A stretch of 64,000 bases of DNA from a virus. The stretch covers positions 37,420 through 101,419 of IMG/VR virus record IMGVR_UViG_3300001041_000002; one strand, written 5' to 3'. The notes below the pieces were generated by a model that worked only from the letters and a program-made list of their open reading frames with translations, did not search any database and was not told where the DNA came from. The position numbers and the translations under genes are program-made. Of the stretch, positions 17,307-26,940 are shown piece by piece; within the stretch, counting starts at the first letter, position 1, and every line of letters starts with the position of its first letter.

Positions 17307-18002
17307 ATGACAACTAAAAAAATAGGAATTTGTGCGTGGAAGACTGGAGAAAACTCTGTTGGAGTAACTCTATCTTACATATTATTCGCAGAACAGTTTG
17401 GTGAAGTAATAATGCTTATGCCAAATCATGAGTTTAGACCAGATCTAGATCTATTATTGCTCCCAGGTGGAGTTGATTGTGATCCTAGAACATATGGCGA
17501 AAAACCATCATTCATGACGCAAAAACCAGATATTCAAAAGGAATATTTCGATAGAGTGCATTTGCCTAAATACATTAATAATCAAACTCCTATTTACGGG
17601 ATTTGCCGCGGACAACAATCTGTGGCAATCGCCCTAGGAGGAAAACTAATTCAACATATGTATCATGAAACTAATAAACCTGATGATCCAAGTAAAGCTG
17701 TTCATAAAATAAGTATCGATACCACTAATTTCCCTAATTATAGGGATTTCTGTGATAATAATGTTGTTATGGAAGTTAACTCAAGACACCATCAGGCTGT
17801 TAGGGAAAAGTCATTACCAGATGATTTGGTTGTTATAGCTAGGCATAATAAAGATAATCATGTTGAAGCATTAGCTCACAGAACTCTTCCAATTGTTACA
17901 GTTCAGTTTCATTCTGAAGATCTCTATGAACCAGAGCCCTTTGACTTTGCCTATCGGACAATTATGCATTTGATAAATACTAGAACTTCAATATTAGGGT
18001 AA
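17307..18002 (+). CDS. class I glutamine amidotransferase / peptidase C26 (PuuD-like)
   Basis: LPGGVD, GICRGQQ, VNSRHHQAV, VQFHSE. Confidence 0.9.
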   Translation: MTTKKIGICAWKTGENSVGVTLSYILFAEQFGEVIMLMPNHEFRPDLDLLLLPGGVDCDPRTYGEKPSFMTQKPDIQKEYFDRVHLPKYINNQTPIYGICRGQQSVAIALGGKLIQHMYHETNKPDDPSKAVHKISIDTTNFPNYRDFCDNNVVMEVNSRHHQAVREKSLPDDLVVIARHNKDNHVEALAHRTLPIVTVQFHSEDLYEPEPFDFAYRTIMHLINTRTSILG

Positions 18003-18003
18003 T

Positions 18004-18696
18004 ATGGAATATTTAGCAGACTATGAATATGTTGTTAATGGTATTGTAAAAAAATGTAAATCAATATGTTTTAGTGAAATTTTTTATCGAAATAATAATA
18101 CAGACAAATTACCAATAGAGAGTCTCAAAATCAAAATGTATAGAAAATCATACACAGATCAACATAAATTAGAGTTTGATAAAGATGAGATTAAGTACGT
18201 TTTTGAGAGACTTAGCCATATAATAAATCCACCAACTATATCAGATAATTTACTAGAAGAAGATCCTGGGTTAACGTTAGATTTTGTATTTAACAAAAAC
18301 ACAGATGCTTACGTTAAGGTGGTGTGTACTATTTCTAGATATTTCTACGAAAGACAAAAGAATAGAAATAAAACATACGCAGGAATGATGAAGGATTCTA
18401 TTGAGTGTTCAAAATTAAATCCAGATGTACCTTTTATTGAAATACTTCAATTTATGCATTTCGATGTAGATAGTGGAGGCGGTCATTCTTTGGTTAATGT
18501 GTGTGACGATTGCTGTCTACAGATGATAACGTCTGATGAAACATTTAGGAAAAATATGTTTGACAAAAATGTCCTTAATGTTTACTCTACTTCATCTGGA
18601 TCAACAAGTAGTGTGTTTAATAATGGGAATTTAGTCAAAATAACAAATACCAACGAAGAGTATTTAAAAACAATTAACGAAATAACACGAATATGA
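18004..18696 (+). CDS. hypothetical protein of the ligase cluster
   Basis: 230-aa ORF, GGHSL motif. Confidence 0.7.
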   Translation: MEYLADYEYVVNGIVKKCKSICFSEIFYRNNNTDKLPIESLKIKMYRKSYTDQHKLEFDKDEIKYVFERLSHIINPPTISDNLLEEDPGLTLDFVFNKNTDAYVKVVCTISRYFYERQKNRNKTYAGMMKDSIECSKLNPDVPFIEILQFMHFDVDSGGGHSLVNVCDDCCLQMITSDETFRKNMFDKNVLNVYSTSSGSTSSVFNNGNLVKITNTNEEYLKTINEITRI

Positions 18697-19334
18697 AAAT
18701 ATTAGTAGTAGGCGGAGATGTGCATTATGCTTCATGGATAGATAGAGAAATTGAATTCTTAGATTCAAAGATTAAGAATGTGCAACAAGCCGACTTGGTA
18801 CTCCTAACAGGAGGCGCTGATTTTAGTCCTAAATATTATGGATGCACAGCAAATAAAAAAACACACTCAGATCCAACCAGAGATTCAGTAGAAATGGAGT
18901 TTTTTAGTGTAGCTAAGGGCTACGGTATACCGATGCTTGGGATTTGTAAAGGTGCTCAGGTTTTAACCGCCTTACAGCCTAATGGGTACTTAGTCCAACA
19001 TGTGAATGGGCACGCTGTTTTTTCTCCACATGAGATACAGTTTAATAATGGTAAAAAAATGCTAGCTACATCAACTCATCATCAGATGATGTATCCATGG
19101 AATACTAAAAATTATGAAATCATTGCGTGGGCTGCAACAAATTTATCGGATATTTATGAATTTTCAAGCGAAAAAGACAGCGTGCTTAGACTTCCTGATG
19201 GAATAGAGCCAGAGATAGTATATTACAATAATACCAGATGTCTAGCTATACAGCCACATCCTGAGAATATGTCCAAGAGTTCTCCATTAGTTAGGGAGCT
19301 TAATGAATTACTTAAAGAAAAGTTTAATCTATAA
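18693..19334 (+). CDS. second class I glutamine amidotransferase / peptidase C26
   Basis: LTGGAD, GICKGAQ, STHHQM, IQPHPE. Confidence 0.9.
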   Translation: MKILVVGGDVHYASWIDREIEFLDSKIKNVQQADLVLLTGGADFSPKYYGCTANKKTHSDPTRDSVEMEFFSVAKGYGIPMLGICKGAQVLTALQPNGYLVQHVNGHAVFSPHEIQFNNGKKMLATSTHHQMMYPWNTKNYEIIAWAATNLSDIYEFSSEKDSVLRLPDGIEPEIVYYNNTRCLAIQPHPENMSKSSPLVRELNELLKEKFNL

Positions 19335-19343
19335 AATACAACT

Positions 19344-19715
19344 ATGAGAAAGATAATTGTTTACGGTAGTCTTAGAAAAGGCCATGGTAACCACAGATAT
19401 TTGCTTAGTGACAGCCAGTTGTTATCTACTGAGGTAATTAATATACCATTCGCTATGATTTCGTTGGGCGGATTTCCTGGTTTGATTCCGTCGGAAGAAC
19501 ATCATGATATAACCGTAGAGGTGTATGAAGTGACAGATGAGGTTTACCGCAGCGTGGAATCACTGGAGGGCTATCCCCGCTTCTATCAAAAAGCTATAGT
19601 ACCAACATCTCTGGGAGACTATGAGATTTATGTATTGGAAGATCAGAGATATCAAACTGACGACATAATAGAACACGGCGATTGGAATAAACACTATACT
19701 CCTAGATATGCCTAA
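19344..19715 (+). CDS. gamma-glutamylcyclotransferase (AIG2-like)
   Basis: VYGSLRKG, EVYEV, LEGYP. Confidence 0.9.
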   Translation: MRKIIVYGSLRKGHGNHRYLLSDSQLLSTEVINIPFAMISLGGFPGLIPSEEHHDITVEVYEVTDEVYRSVESLEGYPRFYQKAIVPTSLGDYEIYVLEDQRYQTDDIIEHGDWNKHYTPRYA

Positions 19716-20079
19716 ATATAATGATATTTCTGTTAAGGCTAAACCTGGATTTGCTAGATTCACATATACAGTAAGAGTATCTAATAAGATAATTACTAAG
19801 TGGTTTTCTGAAAATAGTAGAGAAGGCGGGGAATATAAACTTAGAAAAGGTGAATTCCCAGAAGAAAGGTTAGCTAGTATATATTTATCATGCACTAAAA
19901 GCGATGGATTAAATTTTCTCGAAGAAGTTTGTTCTAAAACCAACATAAGACTTTTGGACATCAAGAGTATTATAAATAAAAGATATAGTGATGAACTCAA
20001 AAAGGTTAAAAATCAAGTTAATCGCATGAATACTATTTTTAAGAATAAAATAACACAACTTGAGAATGAGACTATTTAA
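19708..20079 (+). CDS. hypothetical protein
   Basis: ORF in operon. Confidence 0.65.
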   Translation: MPKYNDISVKAKPGFARFTYTVRVSNKIITKWFSENSREGGEYKLRKGEFPEERLASIYLSCTKSDGLNFLEEVCSKTNIRLLDIKSIINKRYSDELKKVKNQVNRMNTIFKNKITQLENETI

Positions 20080-20893
20080 GCCCCAGATTAGAACCAAAAA
20101 TTTCAGTGCTGATGATTTAAAAGCAAGAAATGCTGGTATTGGTGAATTTCCAATGAGAGCTATAGTTAGGTTTGGCAGTAGGACAACTACTGCTGAAGCC
20201 TATCCGAATGCTTACGGAGTCCGACCAATTATTGAAGTAAATACACCAGAGGCTTGTCATAATAGTGGGGATAAAATCCTCATGAAAGAATGTTTTGATA
20301 GAGCTGGAGTTAAGACTGCAAAATGGAAATTACTTATTTCAACAATAGGCAATATTGATGAATGGGATATCTATCCTGCAATAGTAAAGCACAAAAATTC
20401 ATGTAAGGGTAAGGGAATTTATCTTATTGAAAATAGAGAAGATTTGGTTGAGTTCAATAGGCTTAACAGACTTTCTGATTATATCATCGAGCAATATTTA
20501 CCTTATACTAAGGAGTATAGGCTGCATGTAACTAAAAATGGTTGTTTCTACACTTGCCGTAAAATGCTTAAATCTGATGCAGAAGAACGCTGGCATCGTC
20601 ATGACACTAATTCAGTTTGGATCATGGAAGAAAATCAAGCCTTTGATAAGCCGAAGAATTGGGATGATGTAGTCTCTGAATGTGTCAAGGCACTGAATGC
20701 AGTTGGATTGACAGTAGGTGCTTGTGATATTAAGATTCAGTCTGAGAAGGGTAAGCGTGCTGATTATGTTCCTGATTTTGTGATACTTGAGATCAACTCA
20801 GCACCCAGTTTTGGCACTGTAACATTAGAAAAATATCGTCAAGAATTACCTAAAATTATTAATGACAAAATAGCTAATTATGGGAAAGAGTAA
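20066..20893 (+). CDS. ATP-grasp ligase (RimK/YheC-like)
   Basis: GDKILMK, GKGIYL, EQYLP..KEYRLH, GACDI, LEINSAPS. Confidence 0.88.
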   Translation: MRLFKPQIRTKNFSADDLKARNAGIGEFPMRAIVRFGSRTTTAEAYPNAYGVRPIIEVNTPEACHNSGDKILMKECFDRAGVKTAKWKLLISTIGNIDEWDIYPAIVKHKNSCKGKGIYLIENREDLVEFNRLNRLSDYIIEQYLPYTKEYRLHVTKNGCFYTCRKMLKSDAEERWHRHDTNSVWIMEENQAFDKPKNWDDVVSECVKALNAVGLTVGACDIKIQSEKGKRADYVPDFVILEINSAPSFGTVTLEKYRQELPKIINDKIANYGKE

Positions 20894-22049
20894 TTTCACT
20901 ATATGGGAATTAATTAAAGATAAAAATCCAAAATACATGATTCAAGAGTGCATGATGCACATAGCAAATTGCACTTCAGATTTTAAAATAATCATACCAC
21001 ATGAATGGCTTAACGACAAATTAATAAAGGAAGATGTTTATAGGTGGCTAGAAATTGGCAATAAGACACTATTCCCAGCCAAAATAAGGGAAATAACAAT
21101 TTCAGAGAAAGACACGAAATTGTCTGTAGGAGCTTGTAGAATGAATGGAATTTACTATGGATTAAACGTTGAACCCAGAAAACTGAACCAAAGAGAAAAA
21201 TATAGATCTTCAGATGTTTTAAGTATGCCATTGGGGGCAATAAGATCTTTTAGTGTTTCAATAGAAGAACTAAAGAGTAGTTCTTATAGAAGCATAGGAT
21301 TTAATGTTTCATCTAACAGGCTAAAAGTTAGGTCTATTGGTGGATTAATAGACTTAAACAACTCAAGTGATACGTGGGGAGCACATGTCGATGATTTATG
21401 TGTGTATGGTACAGATGAATTACTTAAAGACTATGTACTTAGAACTTATGATGAACTATCGAACAGAGGGTGGAGGGCTCTTCCTGCATATGAAGTTACT
21501 ATTGACTGTAAAAATGTCATAAGTAAAACTCATAGGTTATCAATACTATCTTTCTACAGATATTTATATAGTAGCAGGTATCCAGATGTTGTATATAATG
21601 CATTAAGGTTGGTATCTATTGGTATCGATCCATGGGAGGCACTGTACGCATCATTAAGCAAAATCAATGGTAATTATTATAATTATTATTCACTACTTTC
21701 TGCTCCAGGATTCAAATCTATAGAAAAAGTTTCCAAAGATCTTAAAATATATGATTCAGTAAACAAATCTTTTTCAATAGATCGACATGATAAGCATTTG
21801 TATGTAGATTTAAGTGGATCGGAGGAGAATATTATTGAGAATGTTAATAATTTTGTTGAAAAGTCATTAACAGGAGCTAAAGCAGAAGATAAATTCAGGT
21901 TTATATGTATAAATGCATCCAAAACATTGACTAATAATAAAGTTTATACATCGGCGTGTTTATCATATGATAAGAAAAAAAATTTTTTGTGTGGTGATGA
22001 TTATAAATATAGATACTACTCATCAAGTAGATTTAAGCAAGTAAAATAA
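20880..22049 (+). CDS. hypothetical protein of the ligase cluster
   Basis: 389-aa ORF. Confidence 0.7.
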   Translation: MGKSNFTIWELIKDKNPKYMIQECMMHIANCTSDFKIIIPHEWLNDKLIKEDVYRWLEIGNKTLFPAKIREITISEKDTKLSVGACRMNGIYYGLNVEPRKLNQREKYRSSDVLSMPLGAIRSFSVSIEELKSSSYRSIGFNVSSNRLKVRSIGGLIDLNNSSDTWGAHVDDLCVYGTDELLKDYVLRTYDELSNRGWRALPAYEVTIDCKNVISKTHRLSILSFYRYLYSSRYPDVVYNALRLVSIGIDPWEALYASLSKINGNYYNYYSLLSAPGFKSIEKVSKDLKIYDSVNKSFSIDRHDKHLYVDLSGSEENIIENVNNFVEKSLTGAKAEDKFRFICINASKTLTNNKVYTSACLSYDKKKNFLCGDDYKYRYYSSSRFKQVK

Positions 22050-22064
22050 CAAAAGTTTAACAAA

Positions 22065-22913
22065 ATGAATTTAATTAACATAAACAACATTACGATTGGA
22101 TCTGATCCAGAGTTTTTTATTGTTACAAAAGATGGAGAAGCATATCCATCAACGGAGTTATTTAAGGGGACTAAAGAGAATCCTGAAGATCAAGGTGGCG
22201 GATATGCTTTACTTACTGATAATGTTCTTGTAGAAGGTAATATTCCACCAGCTAATAATGAGGCTGAATATGTTGAATATATGATTAATCTTCAGAATAT
22301 GATCAATAGTGTTCTAGAAATTCGTGGCATGAAACTATTCGCATCAGATTCAATGAAATATAAACCAAGATTTCTTGAGCATCCAGAAGCTAACGTTTTT
22401 GGCTGTAGTTCATACAAAAACGCTTGGGAGTACGGTTCATTTTCTGCTGAAAATATGAGTCATTTGCCTATTCGGGTAGCTGGTGATCACCAACATGTAG
22501 GATACCAATTACTTACAGATAAATACTCCAAGAAAGAAATGAATCGTTATATCGCAAGAGCTTTCGATTATTTCTGCGTATGGCCTTCAAGACAGCACTA
22601 TAATGATGACTTCAGGGCTAAGTATTACGGGCCATATGGGGTATACAGAGATTGTGACTACGGGCTCGAAGTTAGGGCTCTAGGTGGTCATTTTACGGCT
22701 CCTGAGCATCTGTCTTGGGTATATCAGCAAACTATTAAGGCCGTAGAATTTTGTTCTGTAGAGTCTAATTTGATGCTTTTAGAACGAGTTAATAATCCGA
22801 TAACTGAAGATATTGAGTCAACTGAACAATACTACAAAATACTAGGTATTGATTATAAAGAATTATTAATAACCGAAGAATTATGCAAGACGAGCTCATT
22901 GGTTTCGAAGTAG
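22065..22913 (+). CDS. phiEco32-like COOH-NH2 ligase type 2
   Basis: TIGSDPEFF, DNVLVEGN, FGC, HQHVG, YGLEVR. Confidence 0.88.
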   Translation: MNLININNITIGSDPEFFIVTKDGEAYPSTELFKGTKENPEDQGGGYALLTDNVLVEGNIPPANNEAEYVEYMINLQNMINSVLEIRGMKLFASDSMKYKPRFLEHPEANVFGCSSYKNAWEYGSFSAENMSHLPIRVAGDHQHVGYQLLTDKYSKKEMNRYIARAFDYFCVWPSRQHYNDDFRAKYYGPYGVYRDCDYGLEVRALGGHFTAPEHLSWVYQQTIKAVEFCSVESNLMLLERVNNPITEDIESTEQYYKILGIDYKELLITEELCKTSSLVSK

Positions 22914-23353
22914 CTAAACTAGCTAAGGAAAAAGGATTTAATGAAGAATGTATTTCTGGATATAGAAAGAAAAAAGATTTAATGACTATTGATAGAAGTG
23001 AAGAATCTTATTTTGCTGGAGCATCAAGGAAATTTAAAAATTCTGAATTAGAATCTTATAATAAAGATTTTCACGATGACTGGGTTGTTATATATACAGC
23101 ACCAACGCAATCCCTTCTTCAGAAATGGCTCAGAGAAGTTCATAAAATTTATATTGAAATAAGAAATTACCAAGAATACAAAAAGGATAATTATGCTCAT
23201 ACCTTAAATTTTACATATGATTCAAATTACAATGATGATAGTGGAAATAAAATTGGGCAGATTATATCTAGAAAGTATTATGATTATTACGAGCTTGCTC
23301 TTGAAGCTGGACTTTTAGATGCACTAAAATTAATTAAAACTAAAGAATGTTAG
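22883..23353 (+). CDS. hypothetical Bacteroidota-phage protein
   Basis: AKLAKEKGF...APTQSLLQKWLRE pattern. Confidence 0.7.
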   Translation: MQDELIGFEVAKLAKEKGFNEECISGYRKKKDLMTIDRSEESYFAGASRKFKNSELESYNKDFHDDWVVIYTAPTQSLLQKWLREVHKIYIEIRNYQEYKKDNYAHTLNFTYDSNYNDDSGNKIGQIISRKYYDYYELALEAGLLDALKLIKTKEC

Positions 23354-25320
23354 AATTATTCAATTCAATAATATTAATACTAATAATTCATACGGCTATA
23401 TATAGAACACTAGGATATAAAACACCTGGAATACTATTTTGTGGCCTTTTTGGATATATCGGAAAGCGTAATAATCATAATTTTAACTGGGATAAATTTA
23501 ATCATCTCGGCTTAGATAATGATGAGCGCGGCGGAGACTCCGTGGGAAGAGCTGTTGGAGATAATATTGTTAAGTTTGTAAATAACAATAAAGTTAAGAC
23601 AACATATCAAGAGTATGTTATAAATCATAAAAATGATGAGCCATCACACATAGCTATTGGACACACCAGAAAGGCTAGCGTTGGAGTTGTTAATGTTACT
23701 AATGCTCAACCCATAGTAATAGATCTTCCAAATAATCAAAAGTTTGTAATGGTTCATAATGGGACTATATATAACTGGGAGGATTTAGCTAAAAGTCATG
23801 GTGTAGAGAGCGAAGGTAAAACTGATAGCATGGTTCTCGCTGAGATAATAGTAAAAGATGGATATGATGTACTTAGAGAATACAATGGAGCTGCAGCTTT
23901 AATAATAAAAGACGATAGAGACGCAGATACATTAAAGGTGTTTAAGGGACAGTCAAAAAACTATTCGTCAAAACTTGAAGAAGAGAGACCATTGTTTTAT
24001 TATCAAGAGAACGAAACCAGTATGTATATTTCATCAAAAGAAGATGGACTATATTTTATTGGAGGACTTCCAGATAATATCGTTGACTTCAATTCAAATA
24101 TGCTATATACAATCTTTGAAGGACAAATAATCAATCAAGAAGAATACGATAGATCTGATTGTTCTTCATGTAGGATATGGCCTAAAACCAGTAACACGAA
24201 CTTCTACGGAACAAGATATAGCGCGTACGATGATTATGAAGATTTGAGAGGTCGTAACGAAGCCGTGCCATATACAAATAAGCCGAACATGAGGAAAGAT
24301 ACTATTCCGACATCAAGTGATGTTAGAAAGATCATTCAGGCTAAGCTTAGGTATTGGTTTTGTAAATCTGGAAGTAGCCCATACTATGCAAATGGTATAA
24401 TAACTCTCGATGAAGAAGGTCAGCTTTGGGGAAAAACCAGTAAATCTCTGGGTAAAGAATATTATTTTTACGCTGGGATAATGCTTAAAGACTCCAAATC
24501 ATATTATGAAGTAAAGGAGAAGTTTGGCAAGGCAAGGCACTTTATAGACAATGATGTTAATATCTCTGAAATGTGTAAGTATTCTGTATATCCAGTATGT
24601 ACGATTGACTCACAATTACCAGCATATGGGAATATTAAAAGTCACGAATACAAGCTTGGTATCAATGGACAAAAACCGTATTGGATAACATCTTTCTATA
24701 CTGGAACAATTGAACCATTATTTTCTTATAAACGATACCACGTGTATTCAGGGGATCTGGCTAGCACTTTTTTTAATAAAGATGCAAAGACACCAAACCA
24801 TTCAATAATTTCAACTCAAACACCGGCACTACAATCAGAGTTTAAGCCAATTGACATAAATTTAAAAGATGGTATTAGTTCTGATGTTTCAAGAGAACTA
24901 GCAGAAAAAGCAGTAAACAGTGCAATTGAAGTTGTAGGGTTTGCTGGGAATAACGATAAGTCCCCATTTAAAACTCCATACAAAAAAGCATTAGAGGAGA
25001 TCTATGAGGATATCGAAGATGCTGATTACGACTTGAAAAATGATTTCCCAGTAGAAGACGACGACACTATTGACGATGATGATATCGATGATTATGATGA
25101 TTGGGAATCATCAGATTATGTCAGTAAAGTAATCAGCCTTGGTATAGATCAAATATTAAAAAGTATCGATGAAGTAATTCAGGAGATCGAAATGCTTGGT
25201 GTTAGTGGAGAAAATGTTAGTAATGCGTTGTCTAACTTTTATAAACTTCAAGATCCATTTATGAATATAAAAGAATTTAAGAAAAAACCACTTATAATAT
25301 CTTACGATGATCAATTCTAA
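23347..25320 (+). CDS. class II (Ntn) glutamine amidotransferase with N-terminal leader and long C-terminal extension
   Basis: CGLFG at residue 32, RGGDS, GHTRKAS, HNGTI, TDS. Confidence 0.88.
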   Translation: MLELFNSIILILIIHTAIYRTLGYKTPGILFCGLFGYIGKRNNHNFNWDKFNHLGLDNDERGGDSVGRAVGDNIVKFVNNNKVKTTYQEYVINHKNDEPSHIAIGHTRKASVGVVNVTNAQPIVIDLPNNQKFVMVHNGTIYNWEDLAKSHGVESEGKTDSMVLAEIIVKDGYDVLREYNGAAALIIKDDRDADTLKVFKGQSKNYSSKLEEERPLFYYQENETSMYISSKEDGLYFIGGLPDNIVDFNSNMLYTIFEGQIINQEEYDRSDCSSCRIWPKTSNTNFYGTRYSAYDDYEDLRGRNEAVPYTNKPNMRKDTIPTSSDVRKIIQAKLRYWFCKSGSSPYYANGIITLDEEGQLWGKTSKSLGKEYYFYAGIMLKDSKSYYEVKEKFGKARHFIDNDVNISEMCKYSVYPVCTIDSQLPAYGNIKSHEYKLGINGQKPYWITSFYTGTIEPLFSYKRYHVYSGDLASTFFNKDAKTPNHSIISTQTPALQSEFKPIDINLKDGISSDVSRELAEKAVNSAIEVVGFAGNNDKSPFKTPYKKALEEIYEDIEDADYDLKNDFPVEDDDTIDDDDIDDYDDWESSDYVSKVISLGIDQILKSIDEVIQEIEMLGVSGENVSNALSNFYKLQDPFMNIKEFKKKPLIISYDDQF

Positions 25321-25870
25321 AGATTTTACTGTTACAAGTGTATCTGGAAAGCAACTTCCAAGAAACAGATGTAGATATATAAAAAAAGAATACTACGAAA
25401 TAAACGTAGATTGTTTTCTGATGCCAGATAATTGTTGGCACAGGGTCAATAATGGGAAGATAGCTTTTGATAATGAAATCAAACAGTATGTCATGATCGA
25501 AGGCTCTTCTTTAAGAGAGGGTATTATAGGCATTAAAGAAAATGGCGAATTTTTGTTTGGAATGTTTTCTAGTAATCCTGCTAAAAATACAGAAATAGAT
25601 AATATTCCATGTATTTCATATGAAATAGCAGAATCTTTAGGAGCGAAAGAAAGGATCGCCACCGGAACATTTTATACTGAAGAAAAAGCTAAAACTATCG
25701 CTGGATTTAATAATAGGGCCATTCTTAAAAAGTATTCCTTTCCACTAGATTATTCTGCTGGGCCAAGGATAAGAATGTTCTCGGAAGCATATAATCAACT
25801 CTATAAACCAAAAGATTACTATGGTTTAAAACCAGTTTTTGGTAAAGAGCTGGGTAATACTACTTTTGGT
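25307..25870 (+). CDS. amidoligase, exon 1
   Basis: Ends ...NTTFG at the 5' splice site (T25870). Confidence 0.8.
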
Positions 25871-25895
25871 TAAAATAAAAAACACTGCAATATAT

Positions 25896-25926
25896 TTTGT
25901 TTTCTGGGTTTAATATAGTATCTTTG
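25896..25926 (+). promoter_or_regulatory. Bacteroidota sigma-A-type promoter inside the intron
   Basis: TTTG-N19-TATCTTTG matches the -33/-7 consensus. Confidence 0.7.
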
Positions 25927-25954
25927 ATACTTATTAATTCATAAACCAGATTAC

Positions 25955-26788
25955 ATGACTTTAAAATTAAAAGAATTACGTGAATTTACCAATGATGTGT
26001 TATTAGATTTTAATGATGGACTTTTAAAAAAGGACATGGCAAAGAAACATAATACATCTATTGACATTATCTCAAAGTTAATAACAGAAAACGATCTGTC
26101 TTTTGCAAAAAGAAGGCAAATGGTCGACTGGAATCCATTCGAAAATCTGTCAGATCCTAATGTTATGTATTGGCTTGGAATATTGGCTTCAGATGGAGCT
26201 ATATTTGAAGATAGAGTTACTCTTCAGCTTGCAGAAGTTGATCGTGAGTTGGTAATAAAATACCATAAGTTCTTAAAAGAAAAGCCAACACTAAGACAAG
26301 TTGTCTGGAAGGTTGGTGGAAAAAATTTCAATGGATACATGGTTAGCTTTAGAAATAAAGATGTAGTCGAGTTTCTTGATAAGTTAGGAATAACTACAAG
26401 AAAGTCAAATACAATTAGCATGTCATTCCCAGTAAATTCCCATTTTCTTAGAGGACTAATAGATGGAGATGGAACTTTAGAGATTAGAAATATTGAAAAT
26501 AGATTGTTTTCTAGAATAAGATTTGCTACTGCATCTACAGAGATGGCATTAAGTGTAATGAAATTTTATTTGGATAATGATCTTTATTTGAGATATTATA
26601 AAGACTCCGGAGCTCATAGAAAAAGCGCAATTCACGAAATCGTTGTTTCAAGAAGCAGCGATGTTCTAAAGTTATTAGATATGTTGTATAACGACGCTGA
26701 TACTTATATGGAAAGAAAGTATCAAAAAGCCGTCCAAATCAGAAATGTATTGGATAATAACACCTTAAATTCAGGGAACCAGCGTTAG
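25955..26788 (+). CDS. two-motif LAGLIDADG homing endonuclease with N-terminal HTH
   Basis: YWLGILASDG and FLRGLIDGDG motifs; C-terminal YMERKY. Confidence 0.88.
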   Translation: MTLKLKELREFTNDVLLDFNDGLLKKDMAKKHNTSIDIISKLITENDLSFAKRRQMVDWNPFENLSDPNVMYWLGILASDGAIFEDRVTLQLAEVDRELVIKYHKFLKEKPTLRQVVWKVGGKNFNGYMVSFRNKDVVEFLDKLGITTRKSNTISMSFPVNSHFLRGLIDGDGTLEIRNIENRLFSRIRFATASTEMALSVMKFYLDNDLYLRYYKDSGAHRKSAIHEIVVSRSSDVLKLLDMLYNDADTYMERKYQKAVQIRNVLDNNTLNSGNQR

Positions 26789-26940
26789 GAATCCTGAGCG
26801 AAATCTATCCACCAGTAATGGTAATTGAAGTAATGAACTGCTTCTGACAAGTAGATAGAGACGTGCAGAGACTATAATAGGTGCTCCCAAACAGGTAATG
26901 CTGTGGGAGAATGGATAGTCCGAGTGGAGAGAACCACTTG

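Larger units (their letters stand above)
25871..26940 (+). mobile_element. group I intron encoding a LAGLIDADG endonuclease
   Basis: Exon ends in U and intron ends in G; core motifs AAATTCAGGGAAC, AATCCTGAGCGAA, GCAGAGACTA, GATAGTCC; P3 CACCT/AGGTG; P2 TCCAA/TTGGA; splicing restores TFG|FEIET. Confidence 0.9.

Noticed and set aside
26911-26940. ATG 26911 as the start of an independent amidoligase gene
   Set aside because: It lies in the intron 3' core; the catalytic motif is complete only after splicing.
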